Assembly: GCA_900549715.1 (NCBI GenBank)
Contig: URPK01000008.1
Span: 23,174 to 87,173, forward strand
Reading direction: 5' to 3'
From: an uncultured Collinsella sp.
GTDB lineage: Bacteria > Actinomycetota > Coriobacteriia > Coriobacteriales > Coriobacteriaceae
Length of the DNA stretch: 64,000 nucleotides
Below are positions 34,095 to 43,360 of the stretch, in pieces; within the stretch, counting starts at the first letter, position 1, and each line of letters opens with the position of its first letter. The notes under the pieces are model-generated. The model did no database searches and had not been told where the DNA came from. It saw nothing but the letters and a program-made list of their open reading frames with translations. The translations under genes were made by a program, and so were the position numbers.

Positions 34095-35558
34095 ATGGCA
34101 AACGAAGAGCCTAGTGCAATTATCAAAGACGCCCGGAGCAACGCGGGCAAATACCGATCTCTCGCCTCGAATACGCTCATATTTACTATTGGAAATGCCC
34201 TTGTGAAGCTGATTCAGCTGCTGTTGCTGCCGCTTTACACTTCTTATATGGCTACGTCCGATTATGGCGTTGCCGAGCTTGTGAACAATCTCTCAGATTT
34301 CTTGTATCCGCTGTTTTGCCTGGCTATCTATGAGTCTGTCTTTCGTTTTCTCATGGAGAAGGACGCTCCGAAGGAAGAGCTGCTCGGGGGAGGGCTTCTC
34401 GTTCTTCTGGTGACAATTCCTGTGGGCGCATTGGTGTCGGGAGTTGCCTTTACGTTCTTCTCGTACGATCAGGCATGGGGTTGCTATATCCTCGTTCTTG
34501 CAGTTTCCGTGAGAATGCTGCTTGCTCAGTTTGCCCGCGGGTCAGGTGAGGTCACTCGCTTCGCCGCGTCTGGCGTTCTCAACGCCCTTTTCTTACTTCT
34601 TTTTGACGTTGTTTTCCTTGTCTTGTTTGATGGTGGCGTAAGCGGGTATGTTCTCGCACTTGTGCTCGGTAACTGTTGCTCGGCCTGTTACTTGTTTGTG
34701 TCTTGCAAAATATGGCGTTGTCTTGGCAAATTGCCCAATAGGCGTCTCCTGATGCGAATGCTTGCGTATAGCCTGCCGATGCTGCCGAATCAACTTGCTT
34801 GGTGGTTTTTAAATATCTTTGGCCGTTACGTCATCCTTGCATTTCAGGGTTCGGTTGCTGCCGGCGTCTACACTGCGGCAAGTAAATTTCCCTCTCTGGT
34901 TAACTTCATGTCGTCCATTTTTCGTCAGGCTTGGCAGATATCGGCGGCGAAGGAGATGGACGGCGAGAATGATGGCTCCTATTTTTCCAAGGTGTTCGGC
35001 CTATTTTTATCCTTTGTCGTGTGTGGGAGCTCGCTAGTCATTGCCCTTACCGAGCCGCTTGCGCGTTTGCTCCTCAAGGGTGACTTTTATGAGGGTTGGC
35101 ATATAGTTCCCATTCTTATGCTTGCAGCGCTTATCGGTTGCATCTCGGTATTCTTCGAAGCGTTCTATACGGCTGCGGAGCGCACTGGCGCTCTATTTGT
35201 TTCATCTGTTGCAGGCGCGGCGGTGAATGTTGTCCTTGCGTTTTGCCTCGGTGGCAGTTTTGGGATTTGGGGAGTGCCTTTGGCTACTTTGGCGGGACAG
35301 GTCGCTAATGCAGTGGTCCGCATGGTGGATAGCCGAAGATTCATGAGACTAGATTATGAGGTTGCCTTGCAGGCAGCTTTGGTAGCAGCCGTGATCGTAC
35401 AGGTGGTGTTGGTATCCATTCTCCCAGCATCGGCCGGGTTAGTCGCCGGCTTGCTGTTGTTTGCTATTGAGGTTTGCTTGACATGGCGCAGATATGGTGC
35501 GGTAACTCGTAGAGTTCTTATGACGCTTCTGGAGACAATTACGGCCAAGTTGAAATAA
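34095..35558 (+). CDS. wzx: Wzx oligosaccharide flippase
   Basis: LLPLYT..M...DYG, YSLPMLPN, GVYTAASK; ~12 TM segments. Confidence 0.88.
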   Translation: MANEEPSAIIKDARSNAGKYRSLASNTLIFTIGNALVKLIQLLLLPLYTSYMATSDYGVAELVNNLSDFLYPLFCLAIYESVFRFLMEKDAPKEELLGGGLLVLLVTIPVGALVSGVAFTFFSYDQAWGCYILVLAVSVRMLLAQFARGSGEVTRFAASGVLNALFLLLFDVVFLVLFDGGVSGYVLALVLGNCCSACYLFVSCKIWRCLGKLPNRRLLMRMLAYSLPMLPNQLAWWFLNIFGRYVILAFQGSVAAGVYTAASKFPSLVNFMSSIFRQAWQISAAKEMDGENDGSYFSKVFGLFLSFVVCGSSLVIALTEPLARLLLKGDFYEGWHIVPILMLAALIGCISVFFEAFYTAAERTGALFVSSVAGAAVNVVLAFCLGGSFGIWGVPLATLAGQVANAVVRMVDSRRFMRLDYEVALQAALVAAVIVQVVLVSILPASAGLVAGLLLFAIEVCLTWRRYGAVTRRVLMTLLETITAKLK

Positions 35559-35622
35559 AGGCTGATTTGGGAGATTCGTGCTATCGGATTGATGGCCCCT
35601 GAGTTCTCCTTTAAAGTGATTG

Positions 35623-35698
35623 CTGTGATGAGGCCTTGCGACGGTACGTCCGGCTTGGTCCGTGGGAACCGCCGAAAGGCGGTTTTCGCGTTTAAGGG
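35623..35698 (+). repeat. 76-bp direct repeat, copy 1 (ends in a GAAA-tetraloop hairpin plus T tract)
   Basis: 74/76 identical to 48482-48557. Confidence 0.92.
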
Positions 35699-36080
35699 GC
35701 CCATACGGATAAGCTATTTAAATCTATTACCGAGCAGATTACTATTCTTGAAAGCCGTGGGCTCGAATGCGATAACGATACTCGTTTAGTTCTGGAGTGC
35801 GAGGGGTACTACCCGGTTGTTAACGCAAAGCCGAGATGTATTACTGTTGCCATTTACTACGCTCATTGGCTCTAATTGCCCGACATGCCCGAGTGCGACC
35901 GCGTCGAAAATATTGGTGTAAGGGTGACGCCCCAGCGCCCGTTCAACGAAGAGCGGCCCTCGTCCTAGAATCTGGAATAACCACAAACGCGGTTCTGAGA
36001 ATCGACAAAGACCGCTTGCGTTTAATGATTGGCCGTCGGCGCGTTTACGCCAACATTTCCGGCGTGATCACATTCCAACT

Positions 36081-36203
36081 AGTGCATTTTTTGCACTAGT
36101 TCAAAACGGGGGCACAAGGACGGTCGGGCGTCGGGTCGAGCACTACGACCTCGACATTATCATTTCGGTTGGCTACCGCGTGAAGTCTCGGCAGGGCGTG
36201 TAA
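36081..36203 (+). pseudogene. Fragment of RhuM-family (virulence/Fic-associated DNA-binding) gene
   Basis: Manual translation SAFFALVQNGGTRTVGRRVEHYDLDIIISVGYRVKSRQGV* matches the RhuM YxLDxIISVGYRVxS motif. Confidence 0.75.
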
Positions 36204-36370
36204 GTTGACCATTCCTTTCACCGACTGGCAAAACGATTTACGCCTAATTGTGGACATTGCCTACGCGATTTTCCTTTGCTCCCGCATTGATCTCGCTAAA
36301 CTGATAACTGCTGCTACCAGGGCATTTTCTGGTGCACGTTCTATTGGCTCCTGCGAAGATCGGAGCGGGT

Positions 36371-37501
36371 ATGTTTGCTGCCGAGTTCCACACCAGCCGT
36401 CATCACATCGCGATCGTCGCCATGGCCTGCCTATGCGTTCTGCTGGGCGGGCCTTCCTATGCCGCGGGCGCGGAGAGCCTGTTCATCGCGGGCGCGACGT
36501 ACTACGGGCCCGGCGTGTCGGGCCCCGGCTGGGCCTGGACCGCTGCCGACCATCTGGAGCTCAACGGCTACACGGGCGACGCCATCGGCGCCGACGGCGA
36601 CCTGGTCGTGACGCTTGCCGGGCGCAACTCGGTGGTCGAGTCGCATGCGCCCGATGCGGACATCACGCAGTGCGGCATGGAGGTGTGGGGCAGCCTGACG
36701 CTCCGCGGCACCGGCTCTTTGGCGGCTTCGGGCTCGCAGTGCGCGATCCACGTCTCGCGGGCGCTCGCGGTGGACGGCTGCGCCGTCGATGCCCGGGCGA
36801 ACGGGGCAACCGTCACGGACGAGGCCGTGGCAGGCGTGATCGCCGCACGTATGGCCGTGCGCGGCGGCGGGCGCGTCGTCGCCGCCGGTGCCGCGCCCGC
36901 CGCCGGCGTACAGGCTTTCGGTGTGTACCTGCAGGACGCGGGCGCCGGCGACGGCTCGGCCGGGCGCGGGCTTTCCGTCGATGTCTCGCGGCTCGATGCG
37001 ACCGGTGCCGATGGCGGCGTTGCATGCACGGGCGGGTCGCTCGTGTCCGCGCGGTTCGTGGCGCCAGCGGGCGGGGCCTTCGGTGCCGGCGGCGTGGTGG
37101 ATGCCTCCGGGGCCATGGCGCCGCATGTGGTGGTCGAGCCCCAGGGCGCCACGGCGCCGGCGGGGGAGACCGACGGGCGCGAGGTGCCCGGTGGCGCCGG
37201 CGAGCCGGCCGGCGGTGCCGGCCCCGCCGTTGAGCGGCCCGGTGCCGGGTCCGCGACGGATCCCGTCCTAAAGCCCGCGTCTACGACGCCCAAGACGACC
37301 GCGACGACCAAAACGACAGCGATCAAGACCGCGGCGTCCACGCCATCCAATGCCAAGAACGCTGACGCTGCCACCGCCACGCTCCCCAAGACTGCCGACA
37401 GCAGCTGGATCGCCGCCTCCCTGGCGCTATTCCTGCTGGGAGCTGCGCTTCTAGGTGTCACACGCCGCTACTCTTGTATTTACGCACGCCGGGAGTCATA
37501 A
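36371..37501 (+). CDS. Putative sortase-anchored surface protein
   Basis: Signal-like hydrophobic N-terminus, T/P-rich linker, LPKTA motif, TM segment and basic tail; very high GC. Confidence 0.7.
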   Translation: MFAAEFHTSRHHIAIVAMACLCVLLGGPSYAAGAESLFIAGATYYGPGVSGPGWAWTAADHLELNGYTGDAIGADGDLVVTLAGRNSVVESHAPDADITQCGMEVWGSLTLRGTGSLAASGSQCAIHVSRALAVDGCAVDARANGATVTDEAVAGVIAARMAVRGGGRVVAAGAAPAAGVQAFGVYLQDAGAGDGSAGRGLSVDVSRLDATGADGGVACTGGSLVSARFVAPAGGAFGAGGVVDASGAMAPHVVVEPQGATAPAGETDGREVPGGAGEPAGGAGPAVERPGAGSATDPVLKPASTTPKTTATTKTTAIKTAASTPSNAKNADAATATLPKTADSSWIAASLALFLLGAALLGVTRRYSCIYARRES

Positions 37502-37544
37502 AATATGGTTAACTCTGAAATACCAAGTAAACCAAGGAGGAACA

Positions 37545-37823
37545 ATGGCCACACGGACGATGGAGCCGGTGTCCACGAAGCTGCGCCCCGATGAGAAGCG
37601 GGCATTCCTCGAAACGTGCGATAGCATCGGTACTTCCCCGAGCAACGCCCTGCGCATGTTCGTCTCCGCGTTCAACAGGCGCGGCGGCTTTCCCTTCGAT
37701 CCCTCCAACTCCTACGGGTTCAATGCCGAGACCCTTGCCGCTATGGATGACGCTGCGGCGGGCCGCGTGAGCGGGCCGTACGACACGGTATCCGACATGA
37801 TCGCCGCCCTCGATGAGAACTAG
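37545..37823 (+). CDS. dinJ: RelB/DinJ family antitoxin
   Basis: K..F...C.SIG.SPSNALRMFV...G.FPF...NAETLAAM pattern; AGGAGG RBS; directly upstream of a YafQ-like gene. Confidence 0.82.
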   Translation: MATRTMEPVSTKLRPDEKRAFLETCDSIGTSPSNALRMFVSAFNRRGGFPFDPSNSYGFNAETLAAMDDAAAGRVSGPYDTVSDMIAALDEN

Positions 37824-37826
37824 CCC

Positions 37827-38102
37827 ATGCTGAAGCTCGAGTTCACTGCCAAATTCAAGAAGGACTACAAGCGGGCGAAGAAGCAGGGCCGTAACATGCG
37901 GGTGCTTGAGAATGTGCTCGAGACGCTCCAACCAGAAGAGGAGCTTCCCGCGCAACTTCACGACCATGAGCTCGTCAGCAACTACAAGGGGCATAGGGAA
38001 TGCCACCTCGCCCCCGGCTGGCTTCTGATATGCCGCGTCGAGGGCGACAGGCTGACGCTGACGGCAACGTGACTGGGAAGCCATACGGAACTGCTCGATT
38101 GA
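37827..38102 (+). pseudogene. yafQ: YafQ-family toxin with premature TGA at 38070-38072
   Basis: FKKDYKR, DHEL, RECH motifs; the frame continues past TGA as LGSHTELLD*. Confidence 0.82.
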
Positions 38103-38507
38103 GGGCGTCTTCAGTCCAATCCGTCCTTTGCAATGCGGCGGTTTCCCAATCTGCATAAATACCGCGAGCAGTAGCGGGCAGGCACTTACCTCCCGCCACT
38201 TGTTCGATAGTACTGTCCTGGGTCGTGCCGGTTTAATCCGACCCATTCGAGAAGCCCCTTTTCGGCAAGGCGCTTCATTCTTCGGAGCCGTTTCTCTGGG
38301 CTTCGGCGGACTTGCCAACTCGCGCTTGGGCACTACCCAGTAAATTACTCAGTAGTGCCTAGTAGATTATCCAGTAGTGCCGTAGCGGCTGTCTGCTTGT
38401 AGGGGGCGTTCGGCCCCGAGAACTCGGCTCGGATGTGCCGCAGCCCCTCCTCTGCATCCAGCCTGTATTCGACCGTGCGGAAGCGCGTCAACGCGATCGC
38501 TCTTGGA

Positions 38508-39608
38508 TTACTGAACCACTGTTAGATCGGCCTTTCGTCTACATGTTTTGCTTGTGGGCGTTTTCCCACCTAGTACAACTTGCGCACTTGTTCCGGTAAG
38601 CAGCTGATAGCACAGCTCAAGGGGCAATGCAGTTTCATTGGTTGCTGTACTAAGTTTTTGCGGCATCTTCGAGAGCAGGGTGATGACCTGCTTATTTACC
38701 TCAGACTGTTCTGGAATTATCGCGTTGGGCTCATCCGTTCTCCATCCTGCCGCGCTTAACTGCTTGAAAAGATTGTGATACTGCCAATCCGTGAGCAGGC
38801 CAATGTCGTGTGATCTAAAGATAAATGCTGCTACAGATACCTTCCATTGCTTTTTATGGGCTACTGCATCCCGCAGACTGAAGCCTCTGGGCGTATATTT
38901 CAGCATAGTCGATTTGGGCATTAGGAATGCCGAGGCGAACCTGTTCGCCTCGGCCTCGATTTCTTTTGTAGCCGAAGTTCCCATGTCGAGATTTCGATGC
39001 ATCACTAGATGTCCGAGTTCGTGAGCCGCATCCATCCTGCGTCGCTCACCACTCTTTGAAGTCGTGAGAAACACATATGGACATTCGGTTCTTGGCTCCC
39101 AGTATGAAAAGGCGTCAACTTCGTTTCCGATTTCTCCGGCAAAGAAAATACGGATACCGTGGCTCTCGAGGAGGGCTAGCAAATTTGGGATAGCGCCTTC
39201 TCCCATTTTCCATTCTTTACGAAGCATTTCTGCCGCGAGAACGGGGCCTACGCCTTCTATGGTGGGGACGTCTGTTTTTGGTAGGTTGAACTTCGCGTTG
39301 CACCAGTCGGATAGTTCCGTCGCGAGCGTTGCCTCGGCGGTTGCGATGTCTTTTTGGCTTCTTTTTAGCTTTGTTCTTGCTCTAAATGAAATAGCCTTTT
39401 CTGGCATGGGCTCCGTTGTATGTAAATTAAAAAATGCTTCGGGAAAACGCAGCGCTTGCATCAAGCGCTGCTCGATTTCAGGACTCGGATTAGTAACGTC
39501 GTTTTCGTAGTCGGCGATAGACTTGGGCGTGACCTTTACAAGCTCAGCCAGCTCTTTTTTCGAAAAGCCTCTCAATTTTCGCGCAAGAGTTAGGCGTGTG
39601 CCTTCCAT
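38508..39608 (-). CDS. XRE-HTH plus ImmA/IrrE Zn-metallopeptidase (RmrA-like antitoxin/regulator)
   Basis: N-terminal HTH (ARKLRGFSKKELA...YEN), AAHELGH (HExxH), EAEANRFASAFLMP. Confidence 0.88.
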   Translation of the reverse strand: MEGTRLTLARKLRGFSKKELAELVKVTPKSIADYENDVTNPSPEIEQRLMQALRFPEAFFNLHTTEPMPEKAISFRARTKLKRSQKDIATAEATLATELSDWCNAKFNLPKTDVPTIEGVGPVLAAEMLRKEWKMGEGAIPNLLALLESHGIRIFFAGEIGNEVDAFSYWEPRTECPYVFLTTSKSGERRRMDAAHELGHLVMHRNLDMGTSATKEIEAEANRFASAFLMPKSTMLKYTPRGFSLRDAVAHKKQWKVSVAAFIFRSHDIGLLTDWQYHNLFKQLSAAGWRTDEPNAIIPEQSEVNKQVITLLSKMPQKLSTATNETALPLELCYQLLTGTSAQVVLGGKTPTSKTCRRKADLTVVQ

Positions 39609-39684
39609 TTACTTCCTCATTCGGATAGTGGGTTCAAAGCGGTTGTCATTTCTAATGATATGGGGGTCCGCATGAACGCTCTGG

Positions 39685-40359
39685 CTAATATCCAACCGCC
39701 ATATCGGGTTCACTCAGTTCAATGGGCGAAATGTTGATGGACGGTACCTCTTCGTCAGGCGGGAGCGAAATCTGGACGTTCTGCAGCGGAATGGGATTCA
39801 TGATGATGCGTTTAATCCATCCGCCGACCTGGTTGTTTTCGTCAAAATGTGGCTTCGATAGCTCCATGCGGATCTCCTGACGGTTGCGGTCAACATAGAT
39901 TACCAGGTACCACAATTTCCCTTCTTGTTGATCGATGGCGTAATTATCCGGATCGAATAGGGTCATTTGACCGGCTACGATTGATGGTGTCTTGCCCTTC
40001 TCTTTTAGTTTTGGGCCAAAACCGCCTTTTATGCCAGTTGAGGGACTGCCTGTGGCAACGGTAATTTTGACGGACCTATCAGGTGAAATCGTATAGGGGA
40101 GGTTTGCTACGTTTTCTGACTTCCAGCCCTTTTCTGCCATCAGCTCACGAAATTTGGCAGTTGAGTTGTGATACATAGAAGTGCCGCGTGCCGTCGGGAC
40201 AAGATGACCGTTATCCATGATGGTCGTGAAGTCCCGTGCATATTCTAGCGCCTCTCTGAACACATCTTCGGAAAGATCCGGATGCACATCAGAAGGGCTT
40301 GCAAAGCAAGGTCGGTGGTGGCCCTTTGGCGTTAAACTGGCATGTTGGTGAGCTAACAT
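39685..40359 (-). CDS. Hypothetical protein, candidate RmrT-like toxin
   Basis: Co-oriented upstream of the HTH-peptidase; WYLVIY.D...EIRMELSKP...GWIKRII pattern typical of partners of such genes (recall). Confidence 0.55.
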   Translation of the reverse strand: MLAHQHASLTPKGHHRPCFASPSDVHPDLSEDVFREALEYARDFTTIMDNGHLVPTARGTSMYHNSTAKFRELMAEKGWKSENVANLPYTISPDRSVKITVATGSPSTGIKGGFGPKLKEKGKTPSIVAGQMTLFDPDNYAIDQQEGKLWYLVIYVDRNRQEIRMELSKPHFDENNQVGGWIKRIIMNPIPLQNVQISLPPDEEVPSINISPIELSEPDMAVGY

Positions 40360-40371
40360 TCATCTCCAATC

Positions 40372-40415
40372 AACTACATTTTCTAGACCTAATTCTAGGT
40401 CTAGAAAATGTAGTT
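40372..40415. promoter_or_regulatory. Perfect 20-bp-arm palindrome, probable operator
   Basis: AACTACATTTTCTAGACCTA-attc-TAGGTCTAGAAAATGTAGTT, 12 bp upstream of the 40359 start. Confidence 0.75.
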
Positions 40416-40704
40416 AGCAAGTAGCTTTACGGTTTGGATTAATGACCTCTATTCGGCGATCCTGTTTTGGCGTTCGGCGGCTTTTGGGTTTCGGTCGATA
40501 GCGCCCCCTCCTCTTCTGTGAATGATTCCAACTTCACTTTGCTTGTTTGGGGGCGTTCAAATGGCAATCTGCTGCCTGATGAAGCTTTTTGATAGTGGTG
40601 AATTGTTGGCATATATGCTGCGCTTACAATTGCTTTCTGTGGGCGTATTCTTTGGCTGCATATTGGTGCTTTTCGCGGCATCCTATTTTCTATCGGGAGG
40701 CAAG

Positions 40705-41607
40705 ATGAAGGAAGGCTTTAAGAAACGGCTAGGCAAAACCTTTGCCTTTAGTAAGAAGACTGCCAATCTATTTATAGCTAGTCTGGTCATTATCTTTCTT
40801 CCACCACTTGTTATAGCGTTCCTGTATTCAGTTGACGCGCAACAAGTCGTTATTAGAACACCGTGGAGTGCCGGCGAGATGCTTGGCTACTGTGGGACCA
40901 TGGGGGCAGCGTTTATTGCCCTTTTGGGCATTGTTTACGGTATCGTTGATGCTTGGGACCAACAACGGACGCAGAGCAGGATGAGCGCTGCACCTTATTT
41001 CTCAATGATTATGCTCACGCAGAAAAATAAAATAGGCTGGGCATTTATGCTTCCGCAATATGAAGGAGATCCTGAAGAATCTGCCTCTTCTGATGCGGTG
41101 TCAAATAGTGATTCCAAAGGGTATTACGAGGTTGAAGAACGTGATACCTACGTGCTAATTGGAAATGCAATTGAGTATAAAGACGGTCTTACCAACGAGC
41201 AGCGAAAACGTGTTACACATAGTTATCTATCTGAATCAATAGAGGGTCTTAGCCTCGCAACGCCCAATCCGACAATTTATGTTCCATTGAGGTTCAAGAA
41301 CGTTGGCCCTGGTTACGCCAACAATGTAAAGGTCGGCGTTAATCGCAAAGGCGCGGTTTGGCGAGGTGTTAGATCCTTGACGCTTGATCATGGGGAGAGT
41401 TTTTACCTTGGTATTTTCATAGATACGCAAACTGATTCTGCGATCGGGGAGTATGAGCTTGGAATTGCTTTCTATGACTGCTTAGGTTTCAGATACATGC
41501 AATCCTTCGAGCTGAAAGTAGTGAAGGATGAAGATGGGGGACATGTTGCGGAGCTGGAATGCTTGGGTAGAAAGACCATAATCGACGATCAGTCTTATAC
41601 AAATTAG
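40705..41607 (+). CDS. Hypothetical membrane protein (2 TM plus beta-rich C-terminal domain)
   Basis: GGAGG RBS before ATG 40705; two hydrophobic segments; low GC. Confidence 0.65.
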   Translation: MKEGFKKRLGKTFAFSKKTANLFIASLVIIFLPPLVIAFLYSVDAQQVVIRTPWSAGEMLGYCGTMGAAFIALLGIVYGIVDAWDQQRTQSRMSAAPYFSMIMLTQKNKIGWAFMLPQYEGDPEESASSDAVSNSDSKGYYEVEERDTYVLIGNAIEYKDGLTNEQRKRVTHSYLSESIEGLSLATPNPTIYVPLRFKNVGPGYANNVKVGVNRKGAVWRGVRSLTLDHGESFYLGIFIDTQTDSAIGEYELGIAFYDCLGFRYMQSFELKVVKDEDGGHVAELECLGRKTIIDDQSYTN

Positions 41608-41798
41608 TCCTTTGATGCTGACACGAAATAATCAGCGTCGTTGAGCGCTGTCGCAGGCGCGGTTGGCTCACTGTGATTATTGAAGGGCTGCGCTCGCATA
41701 CGGTTCGAGAAAACTGAAGTAGAATTATTATACGTTCATTGTCTGGTGCATGACGTTTTATCAATGTTGATTAATTGGCTTCATGTAGAGGCGTCTAA

Positions 41799-42665
41799 TT
41801 GATGGGAAACGCTGTGCTTCAGGAATTATTTGGACCTTTGTCGAACGACTTGAACGCATTGGCAGATCTTGCGACTGCTGTCGCTCTTTTTGCTGCAATC
41901 GGTTCTTATCGGCTTGCTGTTAAGCAGATGCGTAACGATAGCTATATAAAAGCCTCTGAATGGTCCATTAATTTTGCCGATACTTTTAGGGCCGAAGTTC
42001 TGCCCAGGATGAAGCTATTCAGCTTCGTCTCTTCCGAAGTCTCCATTTATGCTCAAGCCGTTATGAGCCTATCGGTTCATTCTTTAAAGTCGTTTTCCGA
42101 AAAAGAATTCATCTCCATAGCCGGTACGTCAAGTTCGAACGTTAAACAAGGTTTGCTATCTTACTTGACAAACAGTGAAAACCTTGAAAAGGCTGCCAGT
42201 AAGTATGCAGAGCTCGCAGAATTACATCCAACTATTTTTACGCCTATCGATCGAGCCTCCATTGATAACGAAACGTTTGCTTTACTTTTTAATAAAACGC
42301 TTACGGAGTTATCGAATTATCTGGAACAGCTGTCATTAATGGTTAATAGTGGGTTGGCTAATGAGGAGGTTCTATACCCGTCGTTTCATCGGCCTTTTTT
42401 CAGGGCCGTTAATTACGTCTTTCCCTTTTTGTGCTCCGTGAACAATGGCAGGGAAGTTGGGAATTACAGCTACACCCATATTGTTAAACTGATGGAAATA
42501 TGGGGCGAGCGTGAACGTGAGATCGATCGTGGGGTTCAGACTTATCAGTTAAAAATTGATAGGGGCTATGAAATAAACAAAGAGATCGGACTAAAGGTTC
42601 AGGAGCCGTCAGCTGTTTCTAAACTGAGCTCAATAATCTTCGGTATATTCAAGAACAACAATTAG
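41799..42665 (+). CDS. Hypothetical protein with N-terminal TM (DUF4760-like C-terminus)
   Basis: LSNYLEQLSLMVNSGLANEEVLY...YTHIVKL pattern; low GC. Confidence 0.6.
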   Translation: MMGNAVLQELFGPLSNDLNALADLATAVALFAAIGSYRLAVKQMRNDSYIKASEWSINFADTFRAEVLPRMKLFSFVSSEVSIYAQAVMSLSVHSLKSFSEKEFISIAGTSSSNVKQGLLSYLTNSENLEKAASKYAELAELHPTIFTPIDRASIDNETFALLFNKTLTELSNYLEQLSLMVNSGLANEEVLYPSFHRPFFRAVNYVFPFLCSVNNGREVGNYSYTHIVKLMEIWGEREREIDRGVQTYQLKIDRGYEINKEIGLKVQEPSAVSKLSSIIFGIFKNNN

Positions 42666-43360
42666 CAATGGGCGGATAAAAATAGCTCCAGTTCATGACT
42701 GGAGCTGAAACTGAAAACATATTGTGTGGCCTGATTCACGAACTTTAACGTCTGCTAACTAATGGTTATATGGAATACCCTCGACTTCTTCTTCCATATT
42801 TTCCTCCACTATTTATCTATAGCGTGTGCGAGTGATAACTGCGTACATGACCATCCCTTCTACTAGTGGGCCAATTGCTGGGTTGCCGTCTTGGCTTTCT
42901 CTTATAACGCCCAGCGAGCTTTCTATTGAATGGGATCCGATGGGCTGTTGGCTAATAGCTAACTGTTCTCGGACACTCTCATATTTGAAATCTAGCCAGC
43001 GCTTGAGGCAATGATAATAGTTGTACGTTACTTTTTGTGAGTAAAGTAGTTTAATTGCTTTGAGGAAATCGGCGGACAGCATCTATCAACCGCTGGTAGA
43101 TTTTCGACGACAAAAGCGTTGACAGTTTTAAGAAACCGGCTTCGCTTTCGATTGGTCAGCTTGGGTTCAGTCTAGTGTTTCTGTTAAGTTAGATTCTCGT
43201 GAAGGAGCTTGGCCGTCTACTGCCTGATCGCACCGGTGCCGCCTTACTGCTATCGGTCCATTCTTTATAAACGCGCCTATGCTCGCACGCTGAGAGCAGC
43301 GGTAATATTGCTGCTATGCGTACAGAAAGGACTGTGTCGTAAAGCAGAGAGGGGCTTACG

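Noticed and set aside
35623..35698. Hammerhead ribozyme in the 76-bp repeat (TGATGAG ... GAAA)
   Set aside because: The core reads GTGATGA rather than CTGATGA, and GAAA is a tetraloop of a terminator-like stem, not a three-way junction.
38070..38072. Selenocysteine or programmed readthrough in yafQ
   Set aside because: The position corresponds to Arg in the family, no SECIS-like hairpin was recognised, and other substitutions point to decay.
38331..38385. Short degenerate 10-12 bp tandem repeats (…CAGTAG…)
   Set aside because: Too short and degenerate to assign; probably a remnant of low-complexity coding sequence.
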